Assembly (NCBI GenBank): GCA_050953085.1
Contig: JBMNLX010000003.1
Coordinates: forward strand, 57,757-121,756
Length of the DNA: 64,000 nucleotides
Source: Bacilli bacterium
GTDB taxonomy: Bacteria > Bacillota_I > Bacilli_A > ML615J-28 > CAG-698
Direction of reading: 5' to 3'
The notes under the pieces are model-generated. The model was not told where the DNA came from, made no database searches, and saw only the letters and a list, made by a program, of their open reading frames with translations. The translations under genes were made by a program, and so were the position numbers. Below are positions 31,055 to 42,184 of the stretch, piece by piece (position 1 is the stretch's first letter; each line of letters begins with the position of its first letter).

Positions 31055-31245
31055 TATATAAATTAACTTTTTTAATTTATTTTTTAATATTTTTTACTTT
31101 TTAATAAATAATATGTTTTCAATTGAGTAAAAAAATGAGAATGCTAATAAACACTGGCGCTTAACCTTAATATTCTATTTCATATGCCTTTTCTGTCTAC
31201 AAAGTTATTTCATACAAGTATTATTTTTACTTGACGTAAAAATTA

Positions 31246-31283
31246 TAAAAAAACATCTCAACACAATAATGGTGAGATGCTTC
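31246..31283 (-). terminator. Rho-independent terminator downstream of acpP
   Basis: Minus strand: GCATCTCA-ccattattgtgt-TGAGATG followed by TTTTTTTAT. Confidence 0.55.
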
Positions 31284-31311
31284 TTTTCGAAAACAAATTC
31301 GCATATAAGGA

Positions 31312-31539
31312 TTAAGCTTGTTCGTCAAGATAATCGACAATGTCTTTTACCGTGCGAATCTTCTGCGCCGCCTCGTCGCTTACCTGGATTCCGAACTCGT
31401 CCTCGATCGCCATGATTAACTCGACGGCGTCCAGGGAATCGGCGCCCAAGTCTTCGGACAATTTCGATTCCAATTTAATATCTTCTTCGTTGTAATTAAG
31501 CTCTTTCGCAATTATCTTTCTTACTTTCTCAAAGTTCAT
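31312..31539 (-). CDS. acpP: Acyl carrier protein
   Basis: 75 aa with the phosphopantetheine attachment motif [11 protein letters not shown]. Confidence 0.9.
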   Translation of the reverse strand: MNFEKVRKIIAKELNYNEEDIKLESKLSEDLGADSLDAVELIMAIEDEFGIQVSDEAAQKIRTVKDIVDYLDEQA

Positions 31540-31592
31540 ATAAATTTTCCTCCTAGAATTTTATTACATTATAATAAAATTATATTTTTTTG

Positions 31593-32519
31593 TCAAGCGT
31601 TAGCTCCTTTTTTCAAGCCCTTGGGAACGATAAATCTCATCGCCTTCGGTTCGACCTTGATCGCTATCCGCTTCGAAGCCCCCATTTCGCCGTCGATAGC
31701 GTAATTCACGGGCTCCGGCGACTCGATTACGACTTCCGCGCCTTTCTTATATAAGATATAGCGAGCGACCTTAGGCGTCGCGAGATGAGTGCCGTTTTTA
31801 TAATATTTGATCAAACGGATAAACCGGGGACGCGACAGGGGACGGACAAAACAAATGTCAAGTTTCCCGTCGTCGACTTTCGCTTCCGGCGCGCAGTAAT
31901 ACCCGCCGCCGTAACAAATCCCATTGGCAATCGCGCAAAGGAGGCCATCGCCCTCGTAGAACGGTTCCCCGTCCAGGGTTATCTTAAACTTATGGGTCAT
32001 TTTCGAAAGCAGGCTGACGATAACTCCGAGATGGTAAGCGCCTTTCCCGGTAACTAGAGGGAGACGCTTGTATTTGATCATCTTGCTAACAACGTCGGCG
32101 TCAAAACCGATATTTAAGATATTAACGACATAACGGTCGGAAAAACGCAACAGGTCGATATCGACAATCTCGCCGTCGACGAGAGCGTCCAAATCAAGAA
32201 AGTCTTTTTTCTTCCCGAAGTATTTCAGAAAATCGTTCCCTGATCCGGAAGGATAGCAACCGACGGCGGCGTTCTGAAAACCCACGGCGCCGTTTACAAC
32301 CTCGTTTAACGTTCCGTCCCCGCCGCAGGCATAAAACCTTAAGGATTCGTCCGGATGAGCGGCGGCGTAATCGCGGACGAAACGCCAAGCGTCGAGCGGT
32401 TTTTTTGTCACGTAAATTACGCAATCTTCCGAATTAAATTTATTGCTTACCGCTTCTTTTATTACGCCGGTGCTGTCTTTTTTCCCGGCGACCGGATTTA
32501 TGACAAAGATATGTTTCAT
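31593..32519 (-). CDS. Diacylglycerol kinase-family lipid kinase (YegS/DagK-like)
   Basis: 308 aa with the DAGK catalytic-domain motif GGDGTLNEVVNG. Confidence 0.8.
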   Translation of the reverse strand: MKHIFVINPVAGKKDSTGVIKEAVSNKFNSEDCVIYVTKKPLDAWRFVRDYAAAHPDESLRFYACGGDGTLNEVVNGAVGFQNAAVGCYPSGSGNDFLKYFGKKKDFLDLDALVDGEIVDIDLLRFSDRYVVNILNIGFDADVVSKMIKYKRLPLVTGKGAYHLGVIVSLLSKMTHKFKITLDGEPFYEGDGLLCAIANGICYGGGYYCAPEAKVDDGKLDICFVRPLSRPRFIRLIKYYKNGTHLATPKVARYILYKKGAEVVIESPEPVNYAIDGEMGASKRIAIKVEPKAMRFIVPKGLKKGANA

Positions 32520-32538
32520 CTTCTACTCCCAAAAAAAG

Positions 32539-34770
32539 TTAATTGTCCGCGTTCGAGGGCGGAAGCATCGACAATTCGATCCTGCTCCTTTCAACGTCGA
32601 CCGCCACGACCCAAACCTTCACGATATCCCCGACGCTCACTACGTCGAGCGGGTGCTTAACGTACTTTTTGCTCATCCGCGATAAATGGACGAGGCCGTC
32701 TTCCTTAACGCCGCAATCGATAAACGCGCCGAAGTCAACGACGTTGCGGACGGTGCCCTGCAGTTCCATACCCGGTTTTAAATCCTCAAGTTTCAGAACG
32801 TCGCTTCTTAACAAAGGTTTCTCAATCTCGTCCCGCGGGTCGCGAAGCGGCGCCACGAACGCGTCCAAAATATCGTTAAACGTGTACTCGCCGATATCGA
32901 GCCCTTCCCGCAACGTCTTCCGGTCGGCGGCCTTGACGGCGTTCACCAGTTCGTCGCTGCCGATATCGTCTTTCGTAAAGCCCAAACGGTCAAGGATTTT
33001 CTCGGCAACCTCGTAGCTTTCCGGGTGGATGCTCGTCATGTCGAGCTTATCGACGCCGTCGAGAATGCGGAGAAAGCCGATGGCCTGCTCGTATGTTTTC
33101 GGCCCGATTCCCTTGACGTTGATATCCTTACGGGAATTGAACTTGCCGTTTTTGTTGCGATGATCGACGATCGCCTTCGCCGTTTTGGCGTTCAGTCCCG
33201 AAACGCGCTGAAGCAGGGGAACCGAGGCGCTGTTGATATTGACGCCGACGCTGTTGACGACGGAAGAGACGACGAAGTCAAGCGAATCAGTCAGTTTTGA
33301 CTGCGTGACGTCATATTGGTACTGGCCGACGCCGATTGATTTCGGGTCGATTTTAACCAGTTCCGAAAGCGGGTCCTGGAGTCGGCGGGCAATCGAGATT
33401 GCCGAGCGTTCCTCGACCGCCAGGTCGGGGAATTCCTCGCGCGCCAAGTCACTCGCCGAATAAACGGAAGCGCCCGCTTCGTTGACGATAGTATAGAATA
33501 CTTCTTTTTCCGTCTCCTTTAGCGCCTCGGCAACGAAACTTTCCGTTTCGCGGCTGGCCGTGCCGTTGCCGATGGCGATAACTTCAATATCGTACTTATC
33601 TATTAAAGAAAGAAGCGTCTTTTTCGATTTTTCATACCGCGCGTCGACGTTCTTCTCGCCATCTTTCAGTTGATGAGGAAAAATAACGTCAATCTCCAAA
33701 ACTTTCCCGGTAACGTCCACGACCGCGAGCTTGCATCCGGTCCGGTAGGCGGGGTCGATCCCGAGAACCATTTTTTCTTTCATCGGCGGCGTCAAAAGAT
33801 AATTCCTTAAATTCTCCGCGAACACCTTAATCGCCTGGTCTTCGGCTTTTTCCTTAAGCTCGGCGCGGATTTCCCGCTCGATCGAAGGCTTGATAAGGCG
33901 GCGGTACCCGTCCTCAATCGCCATTTTAACGTAAGGGGCGGTCACGGAATTCTCATCCTTAATAACCCGACCCGATAAAAACCTCATTACCCGGTCAACG
34001 TCTTCAGCAATCCCGACCCGGAGCACCTTTTCCGCCTCGCCGCGATTGATCGCCAGCACGCGGTGATGCTTGATTGTGCCAATCGACTCCTGATAGTCGT
34101 AATACATTTCATAGACGCGCTTTTCGTCCTCGACGCCGTCCCTTAAAGAGGTCGTAAGCATCGCGTAGCGCTCGTAAAAACGACGGATCCATTTCCTGAA
34201 TTTCGGTTCGTCGGAAACGATCTCGGCGATAATGTCCATCGCTCCCTGGAGCGCCTCGGCCGCGTCTTTTACGACCAAACCTTCCTTTTCCATTTCCTCG
34301 GTCGGTTCGGCGGTAATATATTTGCCCGCCTCCGCCTCGACGTCGCCCTCAAGCGGGAAACTCAACAAGTATTCGGCCAGGGGCTCCAAACCCTTGCGTT
34401 TCGCTTCCGTCGCCCGCGTTTTTTTCTTTTCCTTGTAAGGACGGTAAATGTCCTCGAGCTCGGCCAACTTGTCGGCGGCGATAATTTCTTTTTTTAATTC
34501 CTCGGTTAATTTCCCCTTTTCGGCGATGAGACGCATGATGTCTTCCTTACGCGCCGCGAGCTTTTGACCGTATTCCCATTCCTTATAAATCGCCCGAATC
34601 TGCTCCTCGTCGAGGCCGCCGGTAGCTTCTTTCCGGTAACGGGCGATAAAGGGGACGGTCCCCCCTTCCTCAATCAATTTCAAAACCGCTTTGATTTGAT
34701 TCGCTTTTACGTTTTGTTCTTGTCCGATTTTTTGAAGTAATTGTTCGTTAATGTAATTGTTTTCTTCCAT
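32539..34770 (-). CDS. tex: Transcription accessory protein Tex
   Basis: 743 aa with a conserved N-terminal IARYRKE motif, YqgF/HhH regions and a C-terminal S1 domain. Confidence 0.9.
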   Translation of the reverse strand: MEENNYINEQLLQKIGQEQNVKANQIKAVLKLIEEGGTVPFIARYRKEATGGLDEEQIRAIYKEWEYGQKLAARKEDIMRLIAEKGKLTEELKKEIIAADKLAELEDIYRPYKEKKKTRATEAKRKGLEPLAEYLLSFPLEGDVEAEAGKYITAEPTEEMEKEGLVVKDAAEALQGAMDIIAEIVSDEPKFRKWIRRFYERYAMLTTSLRDGVEDEKRVYEMYYDYQESIGTIKHHRVLAINRGEAEKVLRVGIAEDVDRVMRFLSGRVIKDENSVTAPYVKMAIEDGYRRLIKPSIEREIRAELKEKAEDQAIKVFAENLRNYLLTPPMKEKMVLGIDPAYRTGCKLAVVDVTGKVLEIDVIFPHQLKDGEKNVDARYEKSKKTLLSLIDKYDIEVIAIGNGTASRETESFVAEALKETEKEVFYTIVNEAGASVYSASDLAREEFPDLAVEERSAISIARRLQDPLSELVKIDPKSIGVGQYQYDVTQSKLTDSLDFVVSSVVNSVGVNINSASVPLLQRVSGLNAKTAKAIVDHRNKNGKFNSRKDINVKGIGPKTYEQAIGFLRILDGVDKLDMTSIHPESYEVAEKILDRLGFTKDDIGSDELVNAVKAADRKTLREGLDIGEYTFNDILDAFVAPLRDPRDEIEKPLLRSDVLKLEDLKPGMELQGTVRNVVDFGAFIDCGVKEDGLVHLSRMSKKYVKHPLDVVSVGDIVKVWVVAVDVERSRIELSMLPPSNADN

Positions 34771-34838
34771 TTAAACATCCTCCGATTATTTATACAAATA
34801 GTATTATACCATTTTTTAGAGGCAATGGCAAAAACTTT

Positions 34839-35987
34839 TTAACCCTTAAGGTAAGTCCACAGTTTTCCCAAAACCCAACAGGCCGCCCTTTCGCGGATTA
34901 GATTGCGGTCGCCTTTAAAAACGCGCTTTCCGACCCGGGTGACGCCGCCGATTTTCACGGCGCAATAAACGAGGCCGACCGGCTTTTCCCGGCTCCCGCC
35001 TTCCGGTCCGGCAATCCCGCTCGCGGATACAAGCGCGTCGCCGGCGCCAATCCTCTCAAGTCCGTCGACCATCTCGCGGACCGTCTCTTCGCTCACGGCG
35101 CCATGAGCGGCGAGCGTCTCGCTTTTAACGCCGAGATATTTCATTTTCGCCTCGTTGCTGTAAACGACGAAACTTTCTCCGAGAATCGAGGACGCCCCCG
35201 GCACGGAGACGATTTTTGCGGCTAGAAGCCCGCCCGTGCAACTCTCGGCAAAACTCACTTTGTACTTTCTTTCCTTAAGCCGGGAGACGACCGCTTCCTC
35301 GATCGAGATATCGCCCACGCCGATGATGTTTTCGGAAAGAAGCCCGGCGAATCTCCCGACAAACTTAGCAAACTCATCGCCCGCGCCTTTGAGGACATAC
35401 CTGATTTTCCCGACCGAGCAATAGGAATTAAGAGAAACACCAGGAAATTCCGCGCGGAGCGGCCGCAGTATTTTGTCAAAATCGGCCTCGGTGCCGCCGA
35501 TAACGGTAAATTCCCGGACGTCCTCCTTTTTTTTCGCGCCGGAATAGAGACGGGCGAAGACATCCTTAAACATCGGCCGCATCTCGTACGGCGGGCCGAC
35601 GAGGGAAATTATCGTTTTGCCTTCATGGGATATCAAAAAGCCGTCGGCGCTGCCGTAACGGTTTTCGATCGGGCTCGCGCCTTCGGGAAACAAGTCCGCC
35701 GACGCGCCGGACGCGAGTTTTTTGTTTAAGGCGGCCGCTACCGCGCGGCGGGTAATGTCGTCATCGGTCGCGCCCAGACCGCCGGTCGTGACAAGCAAAG
35801 CCGAGCCTGAGGCAAGAAAAGCTTTAATCTCGGCAATAATCGCCGGTTCGTCATCGGCGACGGCGATGATTTTTTCCACCGTAATCCCCGCCCGGTCCAA
35901 TTCGCCGGCCAAAAACGAAGCGTTGGTGTTGACGACGCGGCCGGCGGTGATCTCGTCGCCGATATTAAAAATCCAGGCTCTCATCAT
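34839..35987 (-). CDS. cinA: Competence/damage-inducible protein CinA (MoCF-binding N-domain + CinA C-domain)
   Basis: 382 aa with an N-terminal molybdopterin-binding-like domain (FNIGDEITAGRVVNTN) and a C-terminal CinA domain. Confidence 0.8.
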   Translation of the reverse strand: MMRAWIFNIGDEITAGRVVNTNASFLAGELDRAGITVEKIIAVADDEPAIIAEIKAFLASGSALLVTTGGLGATDDDITRRAVAAALNKKLASGASADLFPEGASPIENRYGSADGFLISHEGKTIISLVGPPYEMRPMFKDVFARLYSGAKKKEDVREFTVIGGTEADFDKILRPLRAEFPGVSLNSYCSVGKIRYVLKGAGDEFAKFVGRFAGLLSENIIGVGDISIEEAVVSRLKERKYKVSFAESCTGGLLAAKIVSVPGASSILGESFVVYSNEAKMKYLGVKSETLAAHGAVSEETVREMVDGLERIGAGDALVSASGIAGPEGGSREKPVGLVYCAVKIGGVTRVGKRVFKGDRNLIRERAACWVLGKLWTYLKG

Positions 35988-37072
35988 GCGTTCGATCGGA
36001 AAAGAACGATATCGCCGTCCTCGACGCGATAGTCTTTTCCCTCCGAGCGGATTTTTCCCGCCTCGCGCGCTTTTTGCATATCGCCGCAGGCGATAAAATC
36101 GGGATAAGGAATCACTTCCGCCCGGATAAATCCTTTCTCAAAATCGGTGTGCACTATTCCGGCGCATTCCCGCGCTTTCATTCCGCGCCGGAATATCCAG
36201 GCCCGAACTTCCTTCTCGCCGGCCGTCGTGAAAAAAGTGGCGAGCCCGAGCAGGTTAAACGTCTCCCTGATGAGTTTCTGTAAGCCGCTTTCCTTTAATC
36301 CGAGTTCATCCATGAATTCCTTCCGGCTTTCTTCGTCAAGATCGACAAGCTCGGCCTCGACTTGCGCGCAAAGGGCGATGACCGGCGCGGCCTCCAGGGA
36401 AGAGCGGATCTCCTCCGCGTATCGCTCGACCTCAAAACCGCTCTCGTCGACATTTAAAACATAGATTACCGGCTTTAACGTCAGGAGTTGATATTGCTTA
36501 ATCGCGGCGACTTCCGCCGGCGTCAGGTCGGCCTCGATCGCCCGCCGGCCGTCGCGCAGGAGCGCGGCGACTTTCGCCAAGGCTTTATACTCTGTTTCCA
36601 CGTCGTCGACTTTTAGCCGCGCTTTTTTCATGATTTTCTGAATCCGTCTTTCCACGACTTCCAAATCGGCGATAATCAACTCGAGGTTGACGGTCTCAAT
36701 ATCGGCGACGGGGTCGATTTCCCCCGCGAAATGGGCGACGTCGGGATCGGCGAAACATCTGACGACATGACAGATGGCGTCGACTTCCCGGATATGGGCG
36801 AGAAACTGGTTGCCCAGACCCTCGCCGCGCGAGGCTCCCTTGACGAGTCCCGCGATATCGGTAAAAGACAAAGAGGCGGGGACGACTCTTTCCGGTTTTA
36901 TTATTTCCGCGATTCGCCAAAGTCTTTCATCCTTAATATCGACAAACCCGACATTGGGATTAATCGTCGCGAAAGGGTAGCTCGCGACCAAGGCTTTGGA
37001 TCCGGTAATGGCGTTAAACAACGTCGACTTCCCGACATTCGGTAAGCCGACGATACCCGCGGTAAGTCCCAT
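35984..37072 (-). CDS. ychF: Ribosome-binding ATPase YchF
   Basis: G1 motif GLPNVGKSTLFNAIT and a C-terminal TGS domain. The start was moved to the internal ATG (MGLTAGIVGL), which is preceded by a GGAAAGGAAAG RBS. The longer ORF prefix is non-homologous. Confidence 0.85.
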   Translation of the reverse strand: MGLTAGIVGLPNVGKSTLFNAITGSKALVASYPFATINPNVGFVDIKDERLWRIAEIIKPERVVPASLSFTDIAGLVKGASRGEGLGNQFLAHIREVDAICHVVRCFADPDVAHFAGEIDPVADIETVNLELIIADLEVVERRIQKIMKKARLKVDDVETEYKALAKVAALLRDGRRAIEADLTPAEVAAIKQYQLLTLKPVIYVLNVDESGFEVERYAEEIRSSLEAAPVIALCAQVEAELVDLDEESRKEFMDELGLKESGLQKLIRETFNLLGLATFFTTAGEKEVRAWIFRRGMKARECAGIVHTDFEKGFIRAEVIPYPDFIACGDMQKAREAGKIRSEGKDYRVEDGDIVLFRSNA

Positions 37073-37155
37073 AAGCGCACTTTCCTTTCCGTTTCTCTCA
37101 TATTTTAACACAAGAAAGATGTTTTTTCCAGATTTAATTTTTTTTCTACATTTAT

Positions 37156-37185
37156 TTGTATGTTTACCGCGGATATGATTAAAAT
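37156..37185 (+). promoter_or_regulatory. Candidate sigma-A promoter for the 37209 gene
   Basis: TTGTAT, an 18-nt spacer, then TAAAAT. It lies about 20 nt upstream of an AGGTAA RBS and the ATG. Confidence 0.3.
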
Positions 37186-37208
37186 ATAAACGAAGCGAGG
37201 TAATTTGC

Positions 37209-38087
37209 ATGAACAATAAAACATACACGGCGAGCGAAACGGATGAACAATACTTACAGGCAAAAGAAAGCGTCGGCATCTGTCGCGAGAAAGCGTCCCT
37301 TATCCTCGTCTCCGGGGAAAACTCGCTGGCGCTTCTTGACCGCTGCTCGGTAAAGAAAATCGACGATAAAATATTCGGCAGCGTCTACACGTTATTTTTC
37401 CGGAAAAAGAAAATATTATCCGAGATATTGATTTTACGGCTTAGTCTATATCGTTTCCTGGTGATTACCGAGGAATTTAAGCCGGTTTTTAAGCTTTTGA
37501 AAAAACACCGGCGGCGTTACGAGTGCGTCGTGAGCGACTTAAGCGACGAGTACGCGCTCTTCTCCTTTCACGGCAAGAAATGCGATATGTTTTTTAACGA
37601 TCTCGACTATAAGTACATATACAAAACCAAACAACAAAATTACGGACACTACGCACTCTTATGCCCGAAGAAAGACGAGGACATCACCTATAACCATTTC
37701 GTGAACTTGAACTTCGTCCCGCTCGGGGAGGACGCGAGGAAACTCTTCCTGTATCACCATAACGTCGTCCTTCATATCGACAAGATTCCGCGACGCTGGC
37801 GCTTAAGCGTCTGCGCGGAACTCTACCCGTTCGATAACCTAAAAGCGAAAACGAAAAGCGTCAGGGTCGTGAAGTACGAGCTTGAAAGCAGCCAACTAGT
37901 TACCAACAAACATAAAGTCTACAGTTATTCCCGCAAAAAAGCTGGCGTCATCCATTGCCTCTATCGCCTGCCCGGGCGGAAATACCCGTTTATCATCGCC
38001 TTTGTCCGCGAGGAAAAGGTTAGGAAAGTGTCGCTTATTAAAACCGGCAAGGCCGACGCCTTGATCCGGCCGGTCGTCTTTTATTGA
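37209..38087 (+). CDS. GcvT/YgfZ-like folate-binding family protein (tentative)
   Basis: 292 aa. The N-terminal region resembles the aminomethyltransferase folate-binding fold (LILVSGENSLALLDRCSVKKID...). The match is weak. Confidence 0.35.
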   Translation: MNNKTYTASETDEQYLQAKESVGICREKASLILVSGENSLALLDRCSVKKIDDKIFGSVYTLFFRKKKILSEILILRLSLYRFLVITEEFKPVFKLLKKHRRRYECVVSDLSDEYALFSFHGKKCDMFFNDLDYKYIYKTKQQNYGHYALLCPKKDEDITYNHFVNLNFVPLGEDARKLFLYHHNVVLHIDKIPRRWRLSVCAELYPFDNLKAKTKSVRVVKYELESSQLVTNKHKVYSYSRKKAGVIHCLYRLPGRKYPFIIAFVREEKVRKVSLIKTGKADALIRPVVFY

Positions 38088-38108
38088 TAGCGAAAGCTGG
38101 GTGAAAAT

Positions 38109-40025
38109 ATGAGATTTTTGCTTCGTTCCATGAAATATCTTTTCATCATTACCGTGTTGGGGATGCTTTTAATCGTCGGCGTTTTTGTTTATTTCGCCCG
38201 AAAACTTGACTACATGATCCCGAAAACAGTCAATATCGAGGTCTACGACGCCGGCGGGACGCAATTTCTTTCCCTTTACGGCGATAAAAAAAGAAGTTAT
38301 ATCCCGCTTGCGGAAATTGACCGGCGGATAATCGACGCTTTTATCTCGATCGAGGATAAAAAATTCTACCAGCACCGGGGCGTCGACATTTTGCGCATCG
38401 GCGGGGCGTTGCTTTCTAATATCGAAGCGAACGAGATTCGCCAAGGGGCATCGACGATCACCCAACAATACGCCCGCAATCTTTATCTCGACTTTTCCAA
38501 GGATTACAAACGAAAAATTACCGAGGTCATGATTGCGATAAACCTGGAATCGAAATACTCGAAAGAAGAAATTCTCGAAGGCTATCTCAACTCCATCTAC
38601 TTCGATCACGGAATTTACGGCATTGAGGACGCCTGCCGCTTTTATTTCAATAAATCGGCTCGCTCCGTGAGTCTCGCGGAGGCGGCGGCGCTAGCCAGTA
38701 TTCCGAAGGGACCGGCTCATTTCTCGCCGTTAAAAAACCCCGATAACAACGCCGAGCGGCGGCGGCTCGTGCTTGCGGAAATGCGCGAGGACGGTAAAAT
38801 TACCGCCGAAGAGATGGAGCGGGCTTTGGAAGAAGAAATATCCGTTTACGGAAGTCTTGACCGATTAAACGACGAGTTCGCGCCGTATTATCAGGACACG
38901 ATTATTAAAGAGTTGCGGGAAAAAGGCTTCTTTGAAAAAAACAAAGATCTCAAAGTCTATACTTCCCTGAATCTTGAACTCAATAATATCATCCTCGAGG
39001 CCCGAGACAAATACCCGCCCCCTAAGTCCGAACTCGAGTACGCCATCTACGCCATCGACCCGGAGACGGGATATGTGCTCGCCAGCGTCGGCGGGCGCGA
39101 TTACCGGGAAAACGCGTTTAACCGCGCCACCGACGCCCTCCGGCAGCCCGGTTCCACGATCAAGCCTTTCTTATATTACGCCGCGCTTGGTTACGGCTTT
39201 ACCCCGGCGACAACTTTCACCAGCACGAAAACGACCTTTTACGTCAACGGCAAACCCTACGCGCCGACGAATTTTGCCGGGATATATCCCGACCGCGAGA
39301 TCAGCATGGCTTACGCCCTCGCGGTGTCGGACAATATTTACGCCGTGAAGACCCACTTGTTTCTCGGCACGGAAACGCTTGTCGATACGCTTAAACATTT
39401 CGGCATCACTACCCCCGTTCACGATACCGTTTCGCTCGCCCTGGGCACGAGCGAGGTCAAATTAAGCGAGCTTGTGGGCGCTTACGTAAAAATTGCGGCG
39501 CTGGGAAAAGACGTGGAACCGCAATATATTACCAAGATAACGGACGAGAAGGGAAAAGTATTATACAAAGCCAAGGACAACTTCAAGCAAAAATACAACC
39601 CTTCCAATTGTTATATCCTCTCGGAGACAATGACGAACGTCTTCGACAACCGCCTCTCGATCAACATCAGCACCACCGGGGCGGCGATCGCCCATAAGAT
39701 CACGAAAAAATACGCCGCGAAAAGCGGCACGACCGACTTCGACAGTTGGATCGTCGGGTATAATAAAAAAATCGTCCTTGGCATCTGGACGGGCTACGAC
39801 GATAACCGCCCGATCGATAACAGCGACGTGAAATATATCAAATATTTGTGGGCGGAGATTGTCGAGCGATACAACGCGAAAAACTCCGACACCTGGTATG
39901 AGTTGCCGAATGACGTCATCCCGGTCGTGCTTAACCCGGTCACGGGCTCGGTCGCCCATAAGAACGAATATAAAAAGGCCCTCTACTTTCGCGTCGACAA
40001 TCTCCCATGGTATATTTTTGAGTAA
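38109..40025 (+). CDS. Class A penicillin-binding protein (transglycosylase + transpeptidase)
   Basis: 638 aa. N-terminal TM anchor, GT51 motifs (EDKKFYQHRGVD, GASTITQQYARN) and transpeptidase STIKP and KSGT motifs. Confidence 0.85.
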   Translation: MRFLLRSMKYLFIITVLGMLLIVGVFVYFARKLDYMIPKTVNIEVYDAGGTQFLSLYGDKKRSYIPLAEIDRRIIDAFISIEDKKFYQHRGVDILRIGGALLSNIEANEIRQGASTITQQYARNLYLDFSKDYKRKITEVMIAINLESKYSKEEILEGYLNSIYFDHGIYGIEDACRFYFNKSARSVSLAEAAALASIPKGPAHFSPLKNPDNNAERRRLVLAEMREDGKITAEEMERALEEEISVYGSLDRLNDEFAPYYQDTIIKELREKGFFEKNKDLKVYTSLNLELNNIILEARDKYPPPKSELEYAIYAIDPETGYVLASVGGRDYRENAFNRATDALRQPGSTIKPFLYYAALGYGFTPATTFTSTKTTFYVNGKPYAPTNFAGIYPDREISMAYALAVSDNIYAVKTHLFLGTETLVDTLKHFGITTPVHDTVSLALGTSEVKLSELVGAYVKIAALGKDVEPQYITKITDEKGKVLYKAKDNFKQKYNPSNCYILSETMTNVFDNRLSINISTTGAAIAHKITKKYAAKSGTTDFDSWIVGYNKKIVLGIWTGYDDNRPIDNSDVKYIKYLWAEIVERYNAKNSDTWYELPNDVIPVVLNPVTGSVAHKNEYKKALYFRVDNLPWYIFE

Positions 40026-40233
40026 CTCAAGATAACGCGCGCGAGAAGATAACGCCCGGTAATTTGTTTTCTACGCTCATTATTAACACTAAAATTACTA
40101 TTCAAACTAAAACCGCCATCGATATGATGTTGATTTTTTGTAGTTCGCATATCCTTGAATAACTTAAAAAACCTCCCGGACATTCGGGAGGTTTTTATGG
40201 AAGGGGTATGATAAAAAGACCGATATGTTTCGG

Positions 40234-42162
40234 CTAATTCTCAAGTTCCAAATATAAATCGATTATTTCCCCGTCGCGGTAGACCCGGATTGGCACGGTT
40301 ACGCCGCTTCCCTCGGCCAAATTGAGAAGCTGGAGCCGTAAATCGAGCGTCTTCCTGATCTCCGCGCCATTAAAGAAGAGAATGATATCGTTTTCCAAAA
40401 TCCCGGCCCGCTCCGCGTGACTTTCCTTGTCCACGGAATCCACGTATAGGCCGTGCTTGATTCCGGCGGGTATTTCGGGGGATTCTTCGCTCGGGGATTC
40501 AAGTATCCCTTTTACTTCAATTACCCTGACGCCCAACTGAATCCGCTTTGGAACATCTCCTTCTTCCAGGAGCGGAAGCAAACCCGTAATGACATTGCTC
40601 GGGATCGAAAAACCCATATTATCAATATCGGTCGAGGCGAATTTCAAGGTGTTCATCCCGACGATCTCGCCCGCAAGATTAAGCAGGGGACCGCCACTGT
40701 TGCCGGGATTAATCGCGGCGTCATGTTGAATATACTCGTTATGCCAATCATCAGTCCCGTCGCCGTCGGTATCTTCCGAGAGGTAACGTTGGGGATGGGA
40801 AACGATGCCGAAGGTCGCGGAGGAAGAAAAATCGTATCCGGAAGGATTGCCGATGGCGATGACGAACTCGCCGCTCACGAGCGCCGAAGAGTCGCCGACT
40901 TTGAGCGGTCTGATATAACGGTCATACTCAAAATATATGACCGCCAGGTCGACTCTGTCGTCCATTTGCCGGATATCGGCGTCAATCTCGATTTCTTCTT
41001 CGTGCAGGTAAACCTTGACCTGGTTCGCTTCCTTGACGACATGTTTGTTCGTCATTAAAAGATAGCGGTATTTCTCAATCTCCTCAAAAGTAACGATTTC
41101 GTCAAGATCGTATACGACGCTTCCGTCTTTCAGCACGAACCAAACGTCATAGACGGAACCGCTTCCCAACGAACTTTTCTTTAAAACTTTTTCGCCGTCA
41201 ACATCGGCATATTTATAATTCGTGACGCCGAGGATCGAATTTTTAGTTTTATTGATAACGTCGATAATCTGGCTTTGCAAGTTTGACGTATCGATCAAGT
41301 AATCGATGACGGCGATTTCAATTGACGCCGATAAACTTTCGTTAATAAGCGACGTGGCCGTGACGATCACGTTGCCGGGGGCTTTGCCGTAAACGCGGCC
41401 GTCAATGATTTCGGCGGCGGACAAGTCGCCCGACAAAGTCCAAACGACATCATCGCGGGCATGAGCGGGCTCAAAAACAACCTTGAGCGGGATGCTGCGG
41501 CCGACTTCGACTTCATTCCGTCCGACGATCGCGATCGATTCCGGATCAACGGCGCGCGCCTTCACGGTAATCGTCAGCCGGTCGGTGACGTCGCCCGCTT
41601 GAAGCAACAACTCCGCATTTCCCGGCGCGACCCCGGTCACGCGGCCGTTGGCGTCAACGGTAAAAACGGATTCGTCTCCGGAAATCCATTCCGGCGCGAA
41701 AGTGGCGTCGGCTGGCTCAACTTCGTATGAATACTTGACCGTCTCGTTTGTAAAAAGCGAAGCGGGCCCGTTGATGGTAATCGCCGTCGGCGGGACCGGC
41801 TTTTCGACAACCGTTAAAAAGATGCTGCCATCAACCGATTTTTGACTCGCGGCGGCCGCCTTGATCGTCACCGTTCCCGAAGAAATTCCCAGAACCAATC
41901 CCGTCTGATCGACGGTAGCGACTGATTCATTCTCGCTGGACCAAACGACACCCTGCGGCGCCGTTTCGGGAAAAACGGTAGCCGAAAGCCGCAGCGTTTC
42001 GCCCGTTTCTAATTTCATGCGATTGTCCTCGCTCTTAACGATGACCGCTGTCGGGATCTCATCGCCAATCCCGATCGGTTTGCCGTTATTGATTTTAAAA
42101 TCGCAACCGGCGAAGCCAAGCGTCAAAATCATAATAAATATTAAGGTAATTGTTTTCTTCAT
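40234..42162 (-). CDS. Lipoprotein: Big_2 Ig-like repeats + trypsin-like (S1) serine protease domain + PDZ-like C-terminus
   Basis: 642 aa. Signal peptide with lipobox (LGFAGC). Big_2-like repeats (VATVDQTGLVLGISSGTVTIKA). Protease motif GNSGGPLLNLAGEIVGMNTLK. Confidence 0.75.
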   Translation of the reverse strand: MKKTITLIFIMILTLGFAGCDFKINNGKPIGIGDEIPTAVIVKSEDNRMKLETGETLRLSATVFPETAPQGVVWSSENESVATVDQTGLVLGISSGTVTIKAAAASQKSVDGSIFLTVVEKPVPPTAITINGPASLFTNETVKYSYEVEPADATFAPEWISGDESVFTVDANGRVTGVAPGNAELLLQAGDVTDRLTITVKARAVDPESIAIVGRNEVEVGRSIPLKVVFEPAHARDDVVWTLSGDLSAAEIIDGRVYGKAPGNVIVTATSLINESLSASIEIAVIDYLIDTSNLQSQIIDVINKTKNSILGVTNYKYADVDGEKVLKKSSLGSGSVYDVWFVLKDGSVVYDLDEIVTFEEIEKYRYLLMTNKHVVKEANQVKVYLHEEEIEIDADIRQMDDRVDLAVIYFEYDRYIRPLKVGDSSALVSGEFVIAIGNPSGYDFSSSATFGIVSHPQRYLSEDTDGDGTDDWHNEYIQHDAAINPGNSGGPLLNLAGEIVGMNTLKFASTDIDNMGFSIPSNVITGLLPLLEEGDVPKRIQLGVRVIEVKGILESPSEESPEIPAGIKHGLYVDSVDKESHAERAGILENDIILFFNGAEIRKTLDLRLQLLNLAEGSGVTVPIRVYRDGEIIDLYLELEN

Positions 42163-42184
42163 CCGCGTCTCTCCTCTTGAAAGT